From contig NC_089433.1 of the NCBI RefSeq assembly GCF_026210795.1, positions 3,596,001-3,660,000 of the forward strand: a DNA stretch of 64,000 nucleotides, read 5' to 3'. Source of the stretch: Rhizophagus irregularis (lineage: Eukaryota). Positions 55,290-64,000 of the stretch are shown piece by piece. Position 1 is the first letter of the stretch. Every line of letters begins with the position of its first letter. A program made the position numbers and the translations under genes. The notes under the pieces were generated by a model. That model had not been told where the DNA came from, ran no database searches, and was given only the letters and a program-made list of their open reading frames with translations.

Positions 55290-55540
55290 ATAGTGGAATG
55301 TCACTAACACCTGCACTCGAGATGGAACATTATAAATGATAGTGGAAAATACTTCCCTCAAAACGATCAAGATTTTTGTGAAATGCTTCAGCTGTTCGCA
55401 ACTACAAGTTTACCGTGATCGTAGAAACTCCATCAAATGCTTCTCAGAGTGGTTGTTCCACAAAAGTGTGTCAGCTTTATGGTATTAGCAGTAATCTGAA
55501 CTCGACATTGATGTTTTTCCTGTTTTTTCGTATGGTTCTC
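55290..55540 (+). pseudogene. Short Crinkler-like gene relic
   Basis: Fragments YFPQNDQDFCEMLQLF, KFTVIVETPS and KVCQLYGI across broken frames. Confidence 0.4.
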
Positions 55541-55645
55541 CAAAATGGAAATTCACATGTAGAATGAATATTATTACTCCCTATTTCAATTGTAATCGCA
55601 AAAAAAAGATAATAATCAGAATAATTAGTTCAGAGCGTAGCGAAG

Positions 55646-55750
55646 GCCGCAACAGCGCCATTATCACCAATATCGGTCGCAACAGCAAATATCAGTCGCA
55701 ACAGCGCCATAATTACCAATACCGGTCGTAATAGTGCCATCACCAATATG
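55646..55750. repeat. Degenerate ~30-bp tandem repeat
   Basis: Units resembling CGCAACAGCGCCATTATCACCAATATCGGT repeated about 4 times, one truncated. Confidence 0.7.
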
Positions 55751-56749
55751 CTTATCGTAGGATCTAGATCTGTAAAAATACCAGTACTGCTAATTCCCAT
55801 TCGTGATTTATACAACCCCTTTGCGAATGAGTAATTAGTAATTGTGGAGTATTATTTATTTCAGCTAGTATCATAGTTATTTTGGAATTTTTTTTAATAT
55901 TTTTTTATTTCAAATAAATTTCTTAAATATTTTTTTTATTTTTAAATTATAATTATGATCAAGATCAAGATTTATGGTGACCTGATGGCCGACACAGAGA
56001 AATTGGACTTATATAATAGCTAGTTATTTTGCAATTTTTTTTCAAAAGAAAAAATAGAAATAAAAGAAGGGAATTTTTTTTTATTTTTTAATATTTTATA
56101 TCATATCAATTATAAAGTTCACGATCATAATTAAACTCTGTTTAATAATGCCAGCCTCTAACGTAGTCTAACGTAGGGGTAGATGATGATAACTATACGT
56201 AAGGGGTTTTTGACAACACTAACACTTTCCATATGGTAAAAATCCTCAGGTCATAAAATTCAAAGCATAACATGATTGCAACATATAATTTTAATACAGA
56301 TAATAATACTCATATGACGGTAATTATTATAATCACCTAGCTGAGTTCATATGATTTAGAAAAAATACTCTTTTTAAAAATAATTGAAATAATTGAAAAA
56401 AATTTTTTACAAATTTTCTTTATAAAAAAAAATTTTAAATAAATTGTAAATCCGGAGCGAAAAACTAAAATTTGCGATTTCATTGGTTGCGATCACGTGG
56501 CGGACAGAGAAATTTACGTGATCATTTTTTTTTTCCATAGGTATGATCGGAATGTCGGGTATTTTAGTGCTATACAAACTTCGAAATAATATAAACTTAC
56601 AAAGAAAATAGTATTCAAATTACAAGTTTTTAAACTTTTTTAAACGTTTATTTTTTCAAACAATTTTATTGCCGTTAATCATATTACTTTGTAAACCAGT
56701 TACAACTTACAACCCGATTAAAAAGAATTTAATTCATTTTCCTTTCTGT

Positions 56750-57702
56750 TAAGATAAGATACTAATGTGAAATTTTTTCGTGCACATATGAATATTTTGT
56801 GTTGGCGTCCTCCATATTTACGAAGGGTTTTGGCTTCAAATAAAAAGAATAGCTGATGTTCTAGCTCATTTTAAATTATCGAATATATCACCTGATATCT
56901 TTTAAATTATTTTTAAGATAAAAAAAATTATAAAACATCTTAATGAATATTTACCATAATCTTAAACTGTTTTAAATTTTTAAAAATAATCGGTATATTT
57001 ATGGCAGTATCCTTTCATTGAATAAACTAGACGCTTCAAGAACTAATCGATTATTTACAAAATTATTTAATTGAAAATGAATCTCAATGGATGGAACAAC
57101 ATTTTGAACTTGTTCACAGACAAGCTTTCAATTTACTTCTCTAACAGTAATTCAACAATTCTGTACGAACTTGATGGCAAAATTTCCATATAAAATATTT
57201 AACTCACTTGATTTCACGTCAATTCCTAAAAAATCTTTAGTTCAACTTATTAAAAGTGATTTACAAATGAAAGTTTGGGAACATGTATTAAAATGGGGTA
57301 TCCTACGGAGAATACTATACAACATTTCTTACCATTTATCAGATTTTTTTGTTTATCATCTATTGAATTCTCACAAAAAGTTCGCCCATATCAAAAATTA
57401 TTTAAACGTCAATTTATGAAGATTTATTAAGTTCTTATTTGGAACCTAATAATGTATCAACCGAAAACATTTTACTTCCTAGAAATATTAAAGTTAACGA
57501 TACAAAAATTGTTAATTTAAATATTGTTTCAATTATTTCAAGATGGATCGATAAAGTGGATGTTAATCATATAGTTTCTCATTTAAGAGAATTTTATTTA
57601 CCATATAAACTTGAATTGTTACTAAGAGGAAGTCGAGATGGATTTACACCTAAAAAATTTCATACTTTATGTGATGATAAATTAAATACTGTCACCTTTA
57701 TT
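56750..57702 (+). pseudogene. Heavily decayed BTB-BACK-TLDc relic truncated in TLDc
   Basis: DTNVKFFRAHMNILC, VWEHVLKWG and LLLRGSRDGFTPKKFHTLCD with stops and deletions; homology ends after NTVTFI. Confidence 0.88.
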
Positions 57703-59269
57703 CAAGATTTTTTTTCTTAGAATAGTTAACACGCAAATTTCGATCTCACAGTGTACACTTGTGAAAAATTTTATAAGTATTTTTTATGTTCTTTGCGGAA
57801 ATAATAATAGTACGTGCAGGTCGTGCAGCCCTAGATATTATTGATCTGCGAGTTGTTGGTCGAACTTCTAGTATATTATGATAAAAAAAATGAAAAAAAG
57901 ACAAACAATAAAAAATAAAATAAATATAAATATAAAATGAAAATAAAATAAAAAAATACGAAAACTATGATAACAGAGAAAATTCGATTATCTATGTTAA
58001 AGTAGCTTTTTAAAAGGAAACGTGAAATATTTTTTTTTTTTTCTAACATAGTTTTTTATGAAACCTGAAAACTCAAAGGAAGGTCAATGTAAATGTTACT
58101 TTTTTTTGTAACACAAACTAATACAATTACGCGTATTCCCTTAGTACTGTACTTTAGAGATTAAAACCACTGTTCTGAGCATACCCTATTTGTATTATAT
58201 TTTTTTGTAAGTTTCAAGCATCAATAATTTTTTTATATTGAAAACTCATTTTTGTTACGTAAAAATAAAATAATTTGAAATGATTAATCACTTACCCTTC
58301 ACTAGTAAAAATAGTGTTATATTATTTTTCATTGGATAACTTTTATATCTGATGAAAAAAAAATAATAATAAATTATTGTCTTTGCTACAATGATAGGAT
58401 AATTTGCAGAAAGAAATTATCATTATTGTATAAAAGATAATATTTACTAATTGCACTTTTAATATATAATACATTCACCAATAAAAAAGTAAAAAAAAAA
58501 TGTTACCAAGTCAAAAATGTCATTCGAAACCTCCTTTGGCTCCCTAAGGAAATTTGCATCTCCTTTAATAAAGCCTGCAGAATTATTTATACTGCGAAAA
58601 TTTCAATGAAAAAATAATTGTGTAATTAATTCCTATATCTGTTCTGAGACAAATTCGGTCATCAGTAATAATAAGTGATGTATTGGTAATATATTTTCAG
58701 TAGCTTACCATAGTATATTTGCCCGTTAAATCATTAAATCAGTATTATCAGCATTACTATTAACAACACATCCATAATTTACAATGTCTTATTACATTTC
58801 CAATAGTGTATATCCGAATGTCAGTTATAAAATAATATAAATAACCTGAACTTGTTATAAATTATCAATAGTATTAATAGTATTCATAAAAATATAAGTC
58901 AATAAAAGTTTCAGTCAATAATATCATGCATATGACCGATCTGAAATTATATAAATAAACAAAAAATTTATTTTCAAAAAAAAAAAAAATTTCAAATATA
59001 ATAAATATAATTATTGTATACTTTGAAAATGTCTTGTAAATCGTCTAAAGTTATTAGTTAAGTGTTCGGCAAATGAAGATTTGAAAGAAAATTAAGGGCA
59101 AATAATATAAATAATAATGGACCAATCCAATTGAATGCAATCACAAACACCACCTAAAGCAATAATATTTTTAATCTTAGCAGTAAATGATTCAGTTTAT
59201 TAATAATTAGTATCTCTAGTATAACCATTAACTAGAAAAAAGAAAAAAGATAAATGCGTGATATGTATT

Positions 59270-59358
59270 AGTTATTTACTGATCTAGTAGTATATAAATG
59301 GGTTATCATCCGAAGGATGATGACCCATTTATATACTAAACTAGGTCAGTAAATAACT
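59270..59358. repeat. Long near-perfect palindrome (~42-bp arms, GAA loop)
   Basis: AGTTATTTACTGATCTAG-TAGTATATAAATGGGTTATCATCC GAA GGATGATGACCCATTTATATACTA-AA-CTAGGTCAGTAAATAACT. Confidence 0.93.
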
Positions 59359-61431
59359 TTTTTATCATCCTGGACACGGGCATCTAGTTGATCAGTGATC
59401 ACTGATCATAAACTATTTTAGACTTTTGTGTATTTGTGTATTTGTCAGCTTGACGAAACTTTTTTTTCTTCTTTCCTTTAGTTTTACACGATTTTCCTCA
59501 AAAATGACAAGCAAAACTACATCAAAAGTAAGCAGTAAGCATAACAGGGCTCCCTACGAAAGACCTACACAAGAGGAAATTAAAAAATACCAAAATGCAG
59601 CAACACCAGCTGCAACTCAACGTAATACAGAGATGTGGATAAAGAGACTAAAGGAATTTCAAAATGATATTGGATATGTAGAAAATATTGAAGATATTCA
59701 ATCAAAATCACAACTTTGTAATATACTCATTGAATTTATTATAAAAATGAGACCTGTTAATAAACAATACTATTCTTCAGAATCCATTTATAATTGTGTG
59801 TCAGCATTAAATCGATATTTTCAAAATCACTCAGCTATTGCACCATTAGATTTATTCAGTGAACCAGTTTTCAAACCTCTGTTAAACGTTGTGCACTCCA
59901 AAATGCGTGAGAATGAACAACTTAACAGTTTGGATATCAAGAAAGGTGCAGATCCACTTACCGAAGATGAACAAAAGCAAATATTATGTCATTCAAGTAT
60001 GCGTGGTGATAATCCAGAAGGACTGCTACGTAGGGGTTTTTTCTGGATAGCCAATCTTACAGCTGCCCGTGGTGGGAGTCATATTAATATTATGGCTTCT
60101 GATTTTCAAAGACGACCTGATGGAGGTTATAATTTTATAATAATACATGAAAAAAATAATCAAGGTAGACAAATCTCCATGTAGAATCTACTAACAGTAA
60201 ACTGTTCTATAATAATTACTTATTTTTATTTTATGAATAAATAAGGTGGCCTAAATTCGCGTCGTAAAAAAGGCAAAACAAACCAGCCACGAATTTCTAT
60301 CATACCACCTGATGAATTTGGAACAACTAATGGACCTTGCCATGATATATCAAAATATTTGCGTTTACGACCTGAAAATGCAGAACCCAACTTTTATTTA
60401 CGGCCCATTAGTGATATTAAAAGTAATCTTCTTTACTGTATATTACTTTTTTTAGTTTATGTTATTTTATAATTAATTACTCATTTAATTCTAGAAATTA
60501 ATGAAGACCTATGGTATTATCCCCTTCATCTTGGTCGGGATAAGCTAAATCAAATGCTTAAAACAATTGCTACTGAAACTGGAATTGATACTGTTAATAA
60601 AAAAATTTCAAATCATTCTACAAGAAAATCCGCTATTCAGAATTTAAATAATCAAGATGTTGATGCACAGCAAATTATGGCATTTTCTGGACATCATTCT
60701 TTAGCGGGAGTCAATGCATACAGAATGCCTAATGAAAAGCAGATGATGGAAGTAACAAAAAAAGCTTTTCCAGCACAATCAAATCCTTCTATCGTTGGCA
60801 AAAGCAGTACATTGGTAAATATATAAAAAGACATTTTATTTGATAATAGTACAATATTTAATTTTTATTTTTATTATAGAATACAACAAGAAGCTCTGAG
60901 TTTACAAGAAATTCTCCTATTTCAATTGAAGTGGTTTCTAAAGGTACGTAAATAATTATTATCTTTTCTATAAATAATTATAAATTGACATTTTACTCAT
61001 TTGAAAATTTTGATATAGAAGAGCACTGTAAATCGATCATTGGTTTGAAAAGCACTAGTACTAAAGAAATTGAGAGTACAAAAGTAACTAAACGTGATAA
61101 ATTTAAAACACCTTTTAAAGGGAAATTCAGGTCGCCTCTTATAGATTTAAATAAGAAAGTACCAAGTGATGACTCTCAATCTTCTCAAAATATGACTCTT
61201 GATTTGGAGGGAATGAAAGTTCATATCACTAATTGTAATGTAACTATAAATATTAGTAAAAATTGAACGTGAATGTATTAATATGTATTATAATAACAGC
61301 AAACCAATAAAAATTAATAAATTGTAACTATTCAATTAAACTATAATTACTATAGCTTATTATACTGGTTAAATAGTTTATAAACGGCGAAAAAAATACT
61401 AGATGCCCATTAGTGGCCAGGTGATAAATAA
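59350..61431 (+). mobile_element. Crypton-type tyrosine-recombinase DNA transposon
   Basis: Encloses an intact YR gene. Inverted end repeats TTATCATCCTGGACACGGGCATCTAGT (59362-59388) and ACTAGATGCCCATTAGTGGCCAGGTGATAA (61398-61427); short direct repeat TAAATAA at the edges. Exact ends are inferred. Confidence 0.72.
59504..61266 (+). CDS. Tyrosine recombinase (DUF3504/Crypton-like); exons 59504-60164, 60246-60422, 60495-60814, 60880-60942, 61019-61266
   Basis: GT-AG introns keep the frame. Catalytic set present: AARGG (R), EKNNQGG (K), NHSTRK (HxxR), FSGHHS (H), VNAY (Y). Confidence 0.88.
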
Positions 61432-61516
61432 TATTCTTAATTTTCAAATTAATTATTTACCAAATATTATTCCTTTTAAAATTGAAATACCAGTGATTGT
61501 AAATCTCTGCATTTAC

Positions 61517-61918
61517 CTATTATGAAAAAGAAAAATTATTAATAGTGTGCTAAATTTTTATTTAATCATAAAGAAGACATAGCCAATTCCTCCTTTAGAA
61601 TTAGCAGACTTTACTAATAACAAAGTAGGATGTTATCTGCTTGAGTTGGTTATCAAGTGAACAAGAGAAATAAAAAAAAAATAAAAAAAAGAAAAAAAAA
61701 GAAAAAAAGGGAATAAAAAATATAAAAATAAAAATAAAATAAAAAAGAAAAAGCAGGTAATTTCATAGGAATTACCCACTTTGCTCACCCTTACCCAACC
61801 CAAACAAATAAATCCAGTACCCTCCTAAGTAAAATTTGTGAACTCCCCGACTCATTGAGTTATCCGTTCTAATTTTGACTTAGGAAGTTACCCACTTTGC
61901 AAATAAAAAAATACACAC
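61517..61918 (-). ncRNA. Structured intron RNA, copy C (long form)
   Basis: GTGTG...ATAG on the minus strand. Shares the helices and a 33/35-nt block with copy A; the flanking exons are decayed. Confidence 0.72.
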
Positions 61919-62196
61919 CTCTTTAAAGTCTCTTAATAAGCCATTTACACTTATCTAAAAATCAGTAATGCTTTATTCAGAGAATTTTCATCTGTTGTCC
62001 AGTATTTCAATACAAAATAATGCTGTGATTGATGAATAATTAAATATAATTCAATAATAAGAAATCAGATAACAAATATGAAGTATAAACATAAAAAAAA
62101 TTTTTCACATTTTTAACACTTGATATGCACTCTTTTTCAAGAATTCCTCTAGGAAATTTCTTCATTTTACCGGTGATTGTAAATCTCTGCATTTAC

Positions 62197-62586
62197 CTAT
62201 TATAAGAAAGAAAAATTATTAATAGTGTGCTAAATTTTTATTTAATGGTAAAGAAGACATAGCCAATTCCTCCTTTAGAATTAGCAGACTTTACTAATAA
62301 CAAAGTAGGATGTTATTTGCTTGAGTTGGTTATCAAGTGAACAAGAAAAATAAAAAAAAAAATAAAAAAAGAAAAAGGGAATAAAAAAAATAAAAATAAA
62401 AATAAAATAAAAAAGAAAAAGCAGGTAATTTCATAGGAATTACCCACTTTGCTCACCCTTACCCAACCCAAACAAATAAATCCAGTACCCTCCTAAGTAA
62501 AATTTGTGAACTCCCCGACTCATTGAGTTATCCGTTCTAATTTTGACTTAAGAAGTTACCCACTTTGCAAATAAAAAAATACACAC
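62197..62586 (-). ncRNA. Structured intron RNA, copy D (tandem duplicate of C)
   Basis: Nearly identical to C apart from poly-T length and a few substitutions. Confidence 0.72.
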
Positions 62587-62699
62587 CTCTTTTAAAGTCT
62601 TCTAAGCCATTTTACACACATTTAGAAAACTGGCAATACTCCATTCAGAGAGCTTTCGTCTGTTGTCTAGTGTTTCAATACAAAATAGTGCTGTAACTG

Positions 62700-63493
62700 G
62701 TAAATAATTGCCCATAAATTTTGATCAGATTTAAGTCAGGGCTGTTGGATGACCACTCTAACACTACTGGAACATTTTCCTTAAGAAAGGCTTTTGCAAG
62801 ACGGCTGGTATGCTTAGGATCGTTGTCTTGTTAGAAGTGCCAACAATCACCAAGCATCTGGAAGATCTCAGGAATATGTGTACGAAGAATTTTCACATAA
62901 AATTTGGCGTTCATAATTTGTTTAAAACAAAATAATTTTGTTTTTCCTTTCACGCAGAAACTACCCACGCCATAATCTTTTTACGATCTTTAGGCATATG
63001 CTGAACCGGTCTTTCTCCTTTATACCATCATTCAACGGTGTTTCTAAAGAGTTGAAGAGCAGTTTTATCAGTAAAAATAGTTTTATCCATCAGTTATTAA
63101 TATGTTTTTTTGCCCACTCCACATGCTTTACCTTGTGTGTTTCAGTTAGCATAGGGTTGCTTTAGGCAGTCTTTTTATATAACCAATACTTGAAAGATGC
63201 CTTCCAACGGTTCTATACGATACTTCTACGCCTATATTTTCTAATTTTCTTGCCAAAATTCTTGTGGAAAGAGACGTATCATGCCCTACACATTGACCAA
63301 GTGCACGGGTAATCTTTTTGGGTCTGTCATTCCCCCAGCATGCTTTATAGTCCCATTTTCTTTTAATTTTTTTATATTATCGTAAATAGTGGACTTTGGG
63401 ATGTTTGTTAACCTATGTAATTCTTTTACATTATGAATACCGTTATTCCATAAATGTAACAAGACTTCACGAGACGTTTTTCAAAGAAGACAT
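62700..63493 (-). mobile_element. Degenerate Tc1/mariner transposase
   Basis: Minus-strand fragments ELHRLTNIPKSTIYDNIKK (HTH), QDNDPKHTS and EWSSNSPDLN, with stops and frameshifts. Confidence 0.85.
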
Positions 63494-64000
63494 TATGATG
63501 GGAATTTTCTTGCGGAAGGAAAGGTGTAGGTAAACACAAAGGTCATATTATTTATTATTTGTTATTATGGTACAAATTTGACTTATATGTATGGCGTTCT
63601 GAAAAAGGGGTGTATTTTTTTTTTAGAGAAAACTGATGTATATATACACGTAAAAAAATCGTGACTCGCGACTCGTGAGTAAAAAATGATTGTATGATGA
63701 TGTGCGGAGCTTGTTAATCGCGCCTATCGATATAGTTTAATTTATATTAGCTGTTAGTGACTTAGTGTATTAATATGTAAATATATTAAGTGGCTTTGTG
63801 ATTAAAATAGTATAATTTTATGTCCGACATGATTATTTTGGGAATACAGTGATGAAAAAAAGATGATGTCAAAATCATTGTACTACATCACTTGAAATAA
63901 TAAAGATCTAAATTTTTTGATTTACGATTTTTTATATATATTTTGTTTTATTTTATTTAGAGTAGCGTCCCTTAGTTTGTAATTTGAATAATTTCATTGC

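Noticed and set aside
55646..55750. CRISPR-like array
   Set aside because: Contiguous degenerate repeats without unique spacers, eukaryotic context, no cas genes.

Overview
Very AT-rich eukaryotic DNA with short GT-AG introns. The gene content (expanded BTB-BACK-TLDc family, F-box/LRR, Crinkler-like NTPase/REase relics) suggests an arbuscular mycorrhizal fungus such as Rhizophagus; this is inferred, not database-confirmed. The window holds: two BTB-BACK-TLDc tandem arrays (3 intact copies, 5 frameshifted or TE-interrupted copies) plus 1 isolated relic; a four-exon gene fusing a bromodomain to a PD-(D/E)xK-like nuclease; an F-box/LRR gene; two tandem secreted 8-Cys peptides; an apparently intact Crypton tyrosine recombinase with inverted end repeats; a Tc1 relic; and many MITEs with visible TSDs. 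The most striking observation is a structured intron RNA in four copies (7313-7547 +, 13828-14061 +, 61517-61918 -, 62197-62586 -). It shows compensatory base changes in several helices, a 33/35-nt conserved block, and a closing stem that pairs the 5' splice site with the sequence just before the branch point. It is better conserved than its flanking exons, even where the host gene has decayed. All alignments and folds were done by eye.
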